Position numbers and translations under genes: made by a program. A DNA stretch of 63,815 bases, counting the filler, from Octopus bimaculoides (Eukaryota), in assembly GCF_001194135.2 (NCBI RefSeq). It is 4 parts of 4 records of this genome, joined end to end, with 100 filler letters (N's around TTAATTAATTAA, not from the genome) between each part and the next. Parts side by side here need not be neighbours in the genome. Positions count along the whole stretch, not along the records: positions 1 to 22,277 come from NC_068989.1; 3 more parts are not named here. The stretch is one strand, 5' to 3'. Shown here piece after piece: positions 1 through 10,882 of the stretch (position 1 is the first letter of the stretch; the number at the start of each line of letters is the position of its first letter). A model generated the notes under the pieces. That model worked only from the letters and a program-made list of their open reading frames with translations, made no database searches and was not told where the DNA came from.

Positions 1-139
1 GTACTTTATACAAATTGTACTATAAAACCAATGGTTTGTCATATTTGGGGTATACAAGGGTTAATTGTATAATGCAGGAAATGTTCGAAAAAGTAAGTAT
101 GAATTTTTAGTAAATAACATAAGCTGTGAAAACGAAATA

Positions 140-178
<39 letters not shown>

Positions 179-276
179 CACTCGCGCGTATTTATGTCTG
201 AGTAAAAGAAGTAAAGTTCGTTCCCGTATAAATTCCACAACTGGACGGGGCACTGGGCGGTCGCAGGATTACTCAG

Positions 277-350
277 TGTTGCCAGCTGAGTGGACTGGAG
301 CAATGTGAAATGAAGTGTTTTGCTCAACGACACATGGCGTCGTCCAGTGC
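277..350 (-). mobile_element. SINE family C fragment (CORE-like central module)
   Basis: gccagctgagtggactggagcaatgtgaaatgaagtgttttgctcaacgacaca closely matches the central module of the SINE at 55759-56078. Confidence 0.55.
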
Positions 351-1702
351 AGAGTACTGTTACTATTGCTTAGGTGTTTCTGCACGCAGAATATGTTTCC
401 TCTCCTCCAGTGGGCATGAACTCCTTTTTATTGCATGAGAGTGTGATTGATTTTATTTACGCATCTGTGTTTAAACCACTTACAAGTCCATTTACAAGAT
501 CCATTTAAAACGACAAGCCCTTTAACAGCAGCAAAGCCAACATCCCACTCCATCCACACAATCAAAACAGTTTGCCAACGAACCTTCATCGAGAACATAT
601 CTCTTGATACACTCAGTGTAACTAACACTATGCTACAACAGACAGTTAGGATGCTCTTGGAGCCGAAAATTTGAATTAACAGAAACAATATTTATATGTC
701 ACCTGAGGAAAGAAAACTAAACCTCATAATGCAGGGAAACGGTTACATGTGCAACACACAATTGTAGTGCTTGCAAATAAATGACCAACCGGACTCCGTC
801 ATGTTCACTCCAACATATTCAGTTGTATATATATATATATNNNNNNNNNNNNNNNNNNNNNNNNNNNNNNNNNNNNNNNNNNNNNNNNNNNNNNNNNNNN
901 NNNNNNNNNNNNNNNNNNNNNNNNNNNNNNNNNNNNNNNNNNNNNNNNNNNNNNNNNNNNNNNNNNNNNNNNNNNNNNNNNNNNNNNNNNNNNNNNNNNN
1001 NNNNNNNNNNNNNNNNNNNNNNNNNNNNNNNNNNNNNNNNNNNNNNNNNNNNNNNNNNNNNNNNNNNNNNNNNNNNNNNNNNNNNNNNNNNNNNNNNNNN
1101 NNNNNNNNNNNNNNNNNNNNNNNNNNNNNNNNNNNNNNNNNNNNNNNNNNNNNNNNNNNNNNNNNNNNNNNNNNNNNNNNNNNNNNNNNNNNNNNNNNNN
1201 NNNNNNNNNNNNNNNNNNNNNNNNNNNNNNNNNNNNNNNNNNNNNNNNNNNNNNNNNNNNNNNNNNNNNNNNNNNNNNNNNNNNNNNNNNNNNNNNNNNN
1301 NNNNNNNNNNNNNNNNNNNNNNNNNNNNNNNNNNNNNNNNNNNNNNNNNNNNNNNNNNNNNNNNNNNNNNNNNNNNNNNNNNNNNNNNNNNNNNNNNNNN
1401 NNNNNNNNNNNNNNNNNNNNNNNNNNNNNNNNNNNNNNNNNNNNNNNNNNNNNNNNNNNNNNNNNNNNNNNNNNNNNNNNNNNNNNNNNNNNNNNNNNNN
1501 NNNNNNNNNNNNNNNNNNNNNNNNNNNNNNNNNNNNNNNNNNNNNNNNNNNNNNNNNNNNNNNNNNNNNNNNNNNNNNNNNNNNNNNNNNNNNNNNNNNN
1601 NNNNNNNNNNNNNNNNNNNNNNNNNNNNNNNNNNNNNNNNNNNNNNNNNNNNNNNNNNNNNNNNNNNNNNNNNNNNNNNNNNNNNNNNNNNNNNNNNNNN
1701 NN

Positions 1703-1741
<39 letters not shown>

Positions 1742-1743
<2 letters not shown>

Positions 1744-1831
1744 CGACGGACTTCTTTCAGATTCCGTCTACCAAATCGACTCACAAAGCTTTGGTCGACC
1801 CGAGGCTATAGTAGAAGACACTTGCCCAAGG
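1742..1831 (-). mobile_element. SINE family B fragment
   Basis: Reverse complement matches ccttgggcaagtgtcttctactatagcctcggg...gaaagaagcccgtcgtat in the full copies at 26901 and 36709. Confidence 0.75.
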
Positions 1832-2070
1832 CAAAGGTGAAATTTGATTTAATCTTAAATATTTCACCTTGTTTAAAGTGGAATTCTGAACCCTCCAAAA
1901 GTTGGGGGCACGTACCACATTTAGATCAACCACATTTCTTCACTTTTGGTTCAGTTGTTAATGGATATAGTCTTCCGCTGGTTAATATTTTTTCGATGAT
2001 CTAGGTTACATTTTGCTTTTGATTATTTTGTGTGAGCCTAAAATTTTGTTCATGCGATTATGAATCTGTG
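1832..2070 (-). mobile_element. Penelope-like element fragment (linker and start of GIY-YIG domain)
   Basis: Minus strand reads MNKILGSHKIIKSKM*PRSSKKILTSGRLYPLTTEPKVKKCG*SKCGTCPQLLEGSEFHFKQGEIFKIKSNFT, which aligns by eye with the Penelope fragment at 50525-50854. Confidence 0.75.
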
Positions 2071-3032
2071 GTTCATGATTCCCAGGGATCTCTTCTGAGT
2101 ATTCTAGCCAGAAGGTGATTTCTTCTATACCATAATCGTGTATATATATGTATGTATTATATAGTAATTCAAGTGAGACAGTTGTGTGTGTACACATGTA
2201 TCTACCTGTATACACACATTGTGTATAAGTGTTTGACAGTATATATAACACGAAAGAGCGTAAGTATTGCCATTTATCAATTCTACAGTAATTCTCACCG
2301 AATTTATCTTTATAGAACAATGAATATGTCAAGTTTAACCAATATGTCAATGTTGTCTATATGTAGTAAAACATTTCTCTCCACAGTAGCCTTCAAACAT
2401 CATTTTGCATTTTGTTATCGCTACTTGCGAAGATATTTGTCTTTAATTTATACGAGATAAAGAAGCGCTACGAATCGCAAGATGTTCCTCTCGAAACCCA
2501 CTGGTTTGAAAGTTAAGGTGTTCGTCAATAATCAGATCTGATTACGTTTTGGAACTAAATTCCATTTTGTACTCTTATCACTGAGTTATCAGTTCCTTAT
2601 ATATGTGATTTGACTGACTAGATTTTACATTTTGTTTTCCATTATTAAATATCAATTAATGGCATATTAATTATATTTTGCTTCCCATTATTCAAGATTA
2701 ATTAATGACATAATCAATTATTAAAAACAGTTCAAGCGATGGAAGAATTTATTCTCATTTGAACTATTTCAATGAGCCATTTCAATGAATGAACGTTATT
2801 CTCTGTCTTGTATTCAACTGTTTTACTAATAAAATATTACACATTATCTGGATAGAAAATCAATTAATTCGATGCAGTATATGAATCAAACTTCTGTGAA
2901 ACGAAATGTAAAATTTTACTTGATGAAACACATTTGAATCATTATTGTTTTAAGACTATATCGTGGCTCATAGGTTTTGCAATGAGCCAGTCACTGGCTT
3001 ACTGAAACTTCCATTTCTGGACATGAGAGATA

Positions 3033-3083
<51 letters not shown>

Positions 3084-3826
3084 NNNNNNNNNNNNNNNNN
3101 NNNNNNNNNNNNNNNNNNNNNNNNNNNNNNNNNNNNNNNNNNNNNNNNNNNNNNNNNNNNNNNNNNNNNNNNNNNNNNNNNNNNNNNNNNNNNNNNNNNN
3201 NNNNNNNNNNNNNNNNNNNNNNNNNNNNNNNNNNNNNNNNNNNNNNNNNNNNNNNNNNNNNNNNNNNNNNNNNNNNNNNNNNNNNNNNNNNNNNNNNNNN
3301 NNNNNNNNNNNNNNNNNNNNNNNNNNNNNNNNNNNNNNNNNNNNNNNNNNNNNNNNNNNNNNNNNNNNNNNNNNNNNNNNNNNNNNNNNNNNNNNNNNNN
3401 NNNNNNNNNNNNNNNNNNNNNNNNNNNNNNNNNNNNNNNNNNNNNNNNNNNNNNNNNNNNNNNNNNNNNNNNNNNNNNNNNNNNNNNNNNNNNNNNNNNN
3501 NNNNNNNNNNNNNNNNNNNNNNNNNNNNNNNNNNNNNNNNNNNNNNNNNNNNNNNNNNNNNNNNNNNNNNNNNNNNNNNNNNNNNNNNNNNNNNNNNNNN
3601 NNNNNNNNNNNNNNNNNNNNNNNNNNNNNNNNNNNNNNNNNNNNNNNNNNNNNNNNNNNNNNNNNNNNNNNNNNNNNNNNNNNNNNNNNNNNNNNNNNNN
3701 NNNNNNNNNNNNNNNNNNNNNNNNNNNNNNNNNNNNNNNNNNNNNNNNNNNNNNNNNNNNNNNNNNNNNNNNNNNNNNNNNNNNNNTATATATATATATT
3801 TATATTTGTATATATACATATACATT

Positions 3827-3863
<37 letters not shown>

Positions 3864-4237
3864 ACATACATACATACATACATACATAGATGGGGCTTCC
3901 GAACTGTTCCTGTCAGCTAAACGTCACTCACTAGTTATTCGTTCGTCTGAGACTACCGAAACGCTTTACAAATGTGTTACAGGACTGGAATGAACTGCGC
4001 AGTTGTGAACCAAATTTCTTAATCACACAGTCTTTTTAGGAAATGTAAGCGCTCCTTAGTGAGAAGCACTAAGCTGTCACTCTTTGCGCATTTTGACTTC
4101 ACAGTAACCACGAATCAGCTGTTTTTGCTTTTTCTTTTAGCTAACCTCGACAGAATAATTTCTGAAAACACTTACGTAAGTACATTTTACCACAAGTCAG
4201 TATTCAGTTGTGCACACTAAATTTGTTTACAAGAAAG

Positions 4238-4312
4238 TATGTACGAAAAACTCCGAAACATTATGTATGAAAAACTCTGAAATATTATGTATGAAAAACT
4301 CCGAAACATTAT
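4238..4312. repeat. 24-bp minisatellite, 3 copies
   Basis: Unit tatgtatgaaaaactccgaaacat at 4238, 4262 and 4286, with 0-2 mismatches each. Confidence 0.9.
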
Positions 4313-5068
4313 TGATTGAATTTCTAAAACACGAACATATGAATGGACATTTTTCTTAATATATCTACCACAAAATATTATACACAACTAACATTTTCAC
4401 CTATTATCCACTGTCGTATGTTCAATAGTGTATATTTGTGCACCTGAAGACTTGTATATTTTACCTTGGTTAATATTGCAAAATATCCCTTATTATAAGA
4501 TTATATACTTCCTCTTTAAAACTACTTCCAAATTATGCCTGTTTACCCGCTTAATGAATAACATTTTTTACTTTGTATATTGGAAATATATGAAAAGTGC
4601 ATGTAATTCAGATTGATTTCATCCATCTACAACCAGCTTTTAATTTTCTGCATATGCATTTCACTATTCCTGCTCTAGAAAATGTCCAGTATTAAGTTCA
4701 ATCACGAAATGTAAGGCTGCTCAGTATTTGCGAAAATGTCAACCGGAATATATTTTCACCAGTTCTGAACATTTTATTACGGATTGTATTCAGTTTTGAA
4801 CTCCTCTCTACAATGTTTACTTTGAAACGTTCATTGCTACTTCTGAAAGTTTCCCGAAATGAACACTCACTAGTTGTGATTTGTTCAATGTCTGTTAACC
4901 GGTTGTTTCACATCTCACTGAAATGTATATTCATAGAAGTGTGAATTATTGACGCCAATTTCAGTTTATTGGTCGTGAATCGTTCAACATAGTGTTTATT
5001 TACTGCTTCTGCATATTTACTGCAATATTTCGTCTATGTTTATTATCTGTTACCTATGACCTATATTC

Positions 5069-5450
5069 GTGGAGGCGCAATGGCGCAGTGGTTAGGGCAG
5101 CGGACTCGCGGTTTCGATTCCCAGACCGGGCGTTGTGCGTGTTTATTGAGCGAAACCACCTAAAGCTCCACGAGGCTCCGGCAGGGGATGGTGGCGAATC
5201 TTGCTGTACCCTTTCACCACAACTTTCTCTCACTCTTTTTTCCTGTTTCTTTTGTGCCTGTAATTCAAAAGGTCAGCCTTGTCACACTGTGTCACACTGT
5301 GTCACGCTGAATATCCTCGAGAACTCCGTTAAGGGTACACGTGTCTGTGGAGTGCTCAGCCACTTGCACATTTATTTCACGATCAGGCTGTTCCGTTGAT
5401 CGAATCAACTGGAACCCTCGACGTCGTAAGCGACGGAGTGCCAACATAGT
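5069..5450 (+). mobile_element. tRNA-headed SINE family C, near full length, 8-bp TSD
   Basis: A-box-like tggcgcagtggttagg and B-box-like gtttcgattcc. Homologous along its length to 54558-54934. Flanked by ctatattc at 5061-5068 and 5451-5458. Confidence 0.85.
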
Positions 5451-5799
5451 CTATATTCACAAATTATGAAACTTTCGCAATAATATCTACATACATTTAT
5501 AACATGCACATTACAAGTTCTGCACTCTAGTTATGAACTCCATTCAACGCAATGTCAATTCGTCAGTCGTGAACTATTTAGCGCAATGATCATTCAACCT
5601 TTTGAATAGTTCCTTTCACTGTTTATTTATAAATTGTCACCTGCATACGACAATGCAAGTTCACCATATATATAAACTGGTCATTATCTCTTCCTCATTT
5701 ATAGACAATTCACAAGAGGTATTTTTGCAAGTTGTGAACTTTTTAGTGTGATGGTTGTCATCTGTACTTGTCCTAAGTAACACAATTATATTTAAAGTG

Positions 5800-7000
5800 A
5801 AGAGAGCAGCAGTGAAGTGATCAAAGTCTTATGAAGAAACAACTACAGCGGGCACAATATATTATTTGAAAAGTATACAACGGGAAATTTCCTCCTCAGT
5901 CAACAGAATGGTTTCACAAATTATCCTTGCTATCCCCGCATGTGGTACAGCCGAGCCCGAGAGAAACACTGGATTCAGAAGTGGTCCATTCGTGAGACAT
6001 TGGAATCAGGCATACTAAATATTGTGAAGGATCCAATTGTCATCCGAGAAAAGGCTATTTTATCACCGCCCCATATAAAACTGGGCTTGATGGTGTTTTC
6101 AACATATAGTCTCTGCCTTTGCTGGTTTGTTATTCGAAGCGGTCAAAGCAAGTGTATTTGAGGGACCTCAGATTCATGCCCTTGTACGTGATAAGGAATT
6201 TGTCAAAATATTGTATAACAAGGAAAGAGCAGCATGGTTTTCATTTGCAGCAACCATAAAAAGTTTTAATGGAAACAGCAAAGCGAATTACTATGAAATT
6301 TTTGTAAATAATGTACTGTCGGCTTTCCATTTTCTGCATAGTCACATTGATGAATTCCCTGAAAACATTGGAGATGTAAGAGACGAACAAGGAGATCGCT
6401 TTCACCAAGAACGTAGGTCCATGGAAGAGCTTTATCAAGGATGATGGGACAAAACCATGATAGTAGACCATTGCTGGAGCATTAAACGATATTTCTCTGA
6501 GAAAGTTTACAAACACAAGAGTTCAAAGCATAAATCCTTACCTGAATAAGATATATTTGTGATTCATCTTCTATCCTAATCTGTTGCTCAACTATGTACA
6601 CCTTTCATTTGTATATTATACATATTTTAAACTGAAAAGCAGATGGCGAATAAAACTATCACATAATAACATTTATTTTATTCAGTAACAGTGCAAGAGA
6701 TATTTTTATTGCCTCATTCTTACTGTGCTGTACTAACTCGTATATATGAATAAAGATAGAATCTCAATGCATAAATATTTGTTCTTTTCTGCCTAGTTTG
6801 AAAATAGAATAACTAGAAAAGTATCAAATGGATTACATCATATTTCGGGAAATATTCGAAATTTGGAAAACATAAAAATTTTAAATTGCAAAAATCTAGA
6901 GCTTACAGAGAAAAACTGACTTCATATTTGAATTCAGCATACTCAGATTAGGTAATACCAATTGTTGCTATCAATGCAACAAAAATTCTATTGGTCAGTG
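5800..7000 (+). mobile_element. Chapaev3-type (CMC) DNA transposon, 3' fragment with decayed transposase
   Basis: Frames give NFLLSQQNGFTNYPC..MWYSRAREKHW...PPHIKLGLM, VFEGPQI...HFLHSHIDEFPENIGDVRDEQGDRFHQ...YQG*WD..MIVDHCWSIKR. Ends ...ttggtcagtg followed by tta (7001-7003). No matching left TIR found. Confidence 0.8.
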
Positions 7001-7089
7001 TTATCGTTTGGATAACGCAGTCAAAATCCACAGTTCTCATTTACATTTCATAGTCCTACCTTTCTTTCAACACCTAAACATTTTCGGGT

Positions 7090-7620
7090 ATGGGTAGTTT
7101 TGAACATTATAGCCATATACTTGCAGCTCCCTTCTCTCCAGTAAAGATATTTTGTTTTCCAGTTGTTCACATATTTTCCGCTATATTATTTCAGTTTGTA
7201 GACTGTAAAAGAACATTTTTATGGGACTGTAAATTTTCGTCTTTCATCTTTTTATATTCTATCGAATCAGATAGTTTTGCTCTGAGTGAACAAGTCTTGT
7301 GTTTCTGGAACTGTTAGTATCGTACTAAATATTTCTGCGAGCACTTTAAATCTTCTTGTCTGATATTTTAAGCATAAGTTTAGGGTGTCATCCTGGTTTT
7401 AATTTTTGAATGCCTGTGCGACCTCTTAAGTCAACCACCGATTTCAGATCCAGTGCCTTTTGTCTTATAACTCACATCTGCGGTGAATTATTTGCTGTCT
7501 ACACTCTTCTCGAGAATTCTTTTACCATCCCTGTAGTTGGTGCTGTTTTGATGTAAATTTCATTTTGAACGTTTGAGTCGAATTCTTTCTTTGTTTGATT
7601 AATCGTTGTCGCTTTTTATA
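7090..7620 (-). mobile_element. Highly decayed non-LTR RT fragment (possibly R4/Dong-like)
   Basis: Minus-strand pieces resemble the ENYRPI.C..TxYKL..II...M..HLE..NI motif; many stops and frameshifts. Confidence 0.3.
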
Positions 7621-7631
7621 TCGTCTGATTA

Positions 7632-9807
7632 CACTGGTCTGCATGAATTTTTTATTGACTGTATGGTATCTTTTTCTGAATATATATGAAAAATAATGTG
7701 TCATTGTGTTTTGTATTCATCTCTATCATATCAGGTTATTAAATTAAACGGAGACGTTGCTGTTCTCTTTTTGTATCACATAAGTGAATGATAAATTAAA
7801 ATGCTTACCTTATATTGAATTAAATGTTAAATCTAATATATTTTACTTAATTTTCAGCCTATGAATATGTCTAGAGGCTGCATCAATTCACCAGATATAT
7901 TCTGCTATATCTGCGGGCAATTCACTCCTTCAGATTTCCGGAACAATGTTACTCCTTTGTTGAAGCGCTGCTATTTAGCATATTTTGGCTGCAAACTGGG
8001 AGACCAGGACAAGCCATTGCACCTCACAAAGCTTGCAAGAGTTGCATCAGTAATCTTCAAATGTGGAAAACTTAAATGTATGCCCTTTGGAATACCAATG
8101 GTATGGCGGGAGCAGATGAACCACTATGATGACTGCTACTTTTGTATGACTAAAGTAGCTGGATTCAAAAAGAAGACTACAGATTGCATACCATATCCAA
8201 ATATTCCTTCAGGAATAAAGTCTGTTCCTCACTCAGATGATATTCCTGTACCTGTACCATCTGAGACATAGGAAATTCCATCAGAGTCTGATACTAATGA
8301 TACTAATGAGACGGAAGTAGACTATGAGCCACCAACAAATGACTATCCCCAATTCTTCAACCAAGTTGAGCTCAGTGACTTGATTAGAAACCTTAGTCTT
8401 CCAAAAGAAAGTGCTCTAGACTGCAGGAACACAAGCTTCTAGCTCTCGGAACAACATTCACTTGTTACAGTCATCGTGAAGCGGAATTCACTTAGTACTT
8501 TGAGAAAGAGGATTTATTAGTTTTCTGTTCAAATATTTCAGGCCTTATTGAACACATGGAGATGTCGTACAAAGCGGATGAATGGAGGCTCTTCATTGAT
8601 TCTTCTAACAGAAGTTTAAAGGCTGTTCTCTACAATTCCAATTGGCCATAGTGTCCAAATGCTAGAAACTTACGAAAGTATGAAGACATTAAAACTGCAA
8701 TCATGTACCATCATCTCATTTGTGGTGATTTAAAATTTATTTCTCTCCTACTAAGCCTTCAAGGGGGATACACTAAGTATCCCTGTTTTCTGTGTCTTTG
8801 GGATAGTAGGGCAGACAACCAGCACTATGAACAAAATGACCGACCACCAAGAACCAGCTTTTTACCCGGAAATCACAACGTGAAACCTGTGCCACTAGTT
8901 GACTCCCTAAAAATTCTATTGCCACCACTTCACATTAAATCAGGGCTTATGAAATATTTTGCGAAGGCCCTGAACAGGAATAGAGCTGCTTACAAGTATA
9001 TGGAGTCAAAGTTTCCTCGTATAAGTGAAGGCAAGCTAAAAGCAAGAATCTTTGTTGTCCCTCAGCTTCGGGAATTAATGACGGACAAGCATTTTGAGGA
9101 AGTGCTAGCAGGTATCGAAGTGAATGCCTAGTTTTCCTTCAAGAAGATTTTCCAAAATTTCTTGGGTAACAGCGGCTCCCCCAGAATATGAAAAATGATC
9201 CAAGATCTGATTTCAAGTTTCCAACAACTTGGGTCTAGAATGAGTGTGAAGATGCATTTTTTGCACTCGCATCTTAACAATTTTCCCAAAACTTGTGGGG
9301 ATTACAGCAATGAACAAGGAAAGTAGTTCCATCAAGATATTTGCACCATGGAAACTCGATACCAGGGCAAATGGAATGTCAGCATGATGGCGGATTACTA
9401 CTGGTCATTGAAACGTGATGGTCCCGATGCACAACACAAACGGAAATCAAAGTACTCCTCCTTCCTTTGAATCAATTTGTAGGCTAACCATCAGGAGCAT
9501 ATTTTTTACATTCATTTGGTTTGATGTCAATAATTCTGATTCATTTCGTGATGAACGTGGTTAGTTACATATTGATTTGGAAGGCATATGTTCTTAAAAC
9601 TAACAGAATGTGCTTTTCCTTGATTACTTGCTTCATTTTAATAAAGTAACAATTTACATTTTTATTATTATTAATATGCATTTTATTCAACATCCTTATG
9701 TGACAGAGCAAAATGTTTTAGATATTTAAAATCAGCAACCCAAGAATATGTAACATCATAACCATGAATAAAAATGAAATAAAAATATTCCCAAATGCAG
9801 ACCAATG
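7632..9807 (+). mobile_element. Full-length Chapaev3-type DNA transposon (non-autonomous through decay)
   Basis: 5' TIR cactggtctgcat (7632-7644) vs 3' atgcagaccaatg (9795-9807), 12/13 complementary. tta TSD at 7629-7631 and 9808-9810. Encloses one transposase pseudogene. Confidence 0.9.
7861..9470 (+). pseudogene. Chapaev3 transposase pseudogene (N-terminal Chapa zinc motif plus DDE core)
   Basis: CINSPDIFCYICG...GDQDKP(APHKACKSC in shifted frame)...PMVWRE.MNH.DDCYFC; ELSDLIRNLSLPKES; WRLFIDSS.RSLKAVL; ICGDLK..LQGGYTKYPCFLCLWDSRA; LPPLHIKSGLMK; HFLHSHL..FP; NEQGK*FHQDI..METRYQGKWNVSMMADY.WSLKRD. Several stops and frameshifts. Confidence 0.85.
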
Positions 9808-10802
9808 TTATTTGCGATTTGACTATTCTGTTTTTCTTTTTATCTATTTGTAAAAGAGTGAGAGATATTTCTTTTAAAAATCATATTGCTTATATCATTG
9901 TGAAGATACTTATTTCCTTTTGATATGAGCATATCAGAGTGAGTATCAGAGTACTGTGGCAGCTGCATTTATTATACTATGTAGCACTCTGTGAATGATG
10001 TTTGCATTTCTTTTCAATGATATGTGTTGACCAATTTTGAGTTGATTCCTATTGTTGCTGTTAAACGGTGGACAACCAGGATTGGTAAGAGCCTTGAACA
10101 ACATAGGCTGCCTAGTTTCTTCTGGCATTTGACCTTTTGAGTTTAAACACAGCTGACGTCAGCTTTTCATCCTGATGAGGTCGGTAAAATAAAGTAGCAG
10201 TCTCATACTGGTGTCGATGTAATCTGCTCCATATAAAATACTGGTCTGTACCTAAATTAGAAACAATATTTTATTGCTCTTATATCGTTCAGTTATATCT
10301 TTGGGAATGACTTCCATTTGTCCATTTATTTCAGCATCTTTATTTCTTCGTATTATCATGTTCATGATTTCTATCATTATAATTTCCAGTTCTGAGATCC
10401 TCATCATACTCTGCTCTGCTTAATGTTTTTTATTGTCTTTCTCGACTTTTGTTAGTGTTCTGTAACCGTTCTATTGCTTGGTTTTGTGTTTTCATATTGA
10501 TATTGCTCGTTTTGCACGTGTTATGTCTATCTTCATGATTTACATTTTTAAAAAGTAAAAAAACTTTCAATGTTCGTTTTATGTTCTTGTACATTTACCA
10601 TCTATTTTTTTTTTTACTCTGTGTTTTTTCCCCCATTTCTAAGACTTCTATAGCTTAGAAATCGTATCGTTTTTAGTTGGTTACTCTGCTGGGTTCCAAA
10701 TGTTACATTTGGATGCGGGCTATTTTCCCTCCAAATTTTATGTGAAAACATTGCAATATTTTTTGTTGAGTGTGGCTGTAAAATATGAATTTAGAATGGG
10801 AA

Positions 10803-10803
<1 letters not shown>

Positions 10804-10882
<79 letters not shown>
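10804..10882. repeat. (TAT)n microsatellite
   Basis: Pure trinucleotide run; source of the poly-Tyr ORF at 10700. Confidence 0.95.

Noticed and set aside
400-810. Possible Penelope C-terminal remnant or ORF 447-674
   Set aside because: Only vague resemblance; no diagnostic motif recovered in any frame.
4238-4312. CRISPR-like or coding repeat
   Set aside because: Three contiguous 24-bp units with no spacers, in eukaryotic context: an ordinary minisatellite.
5069-5150. tRNA genes
   Set aside because: All A/B-box sequences are SINE heads continuing into shared SINE bodies; no full cloverleaf is supported.
10150-10230. ctgatgag as a hammerhead core
   Set aside because: No downstream GAAA or helix II; the segment is a mutated SINE-A core (catcctttcggggtcgataaa).
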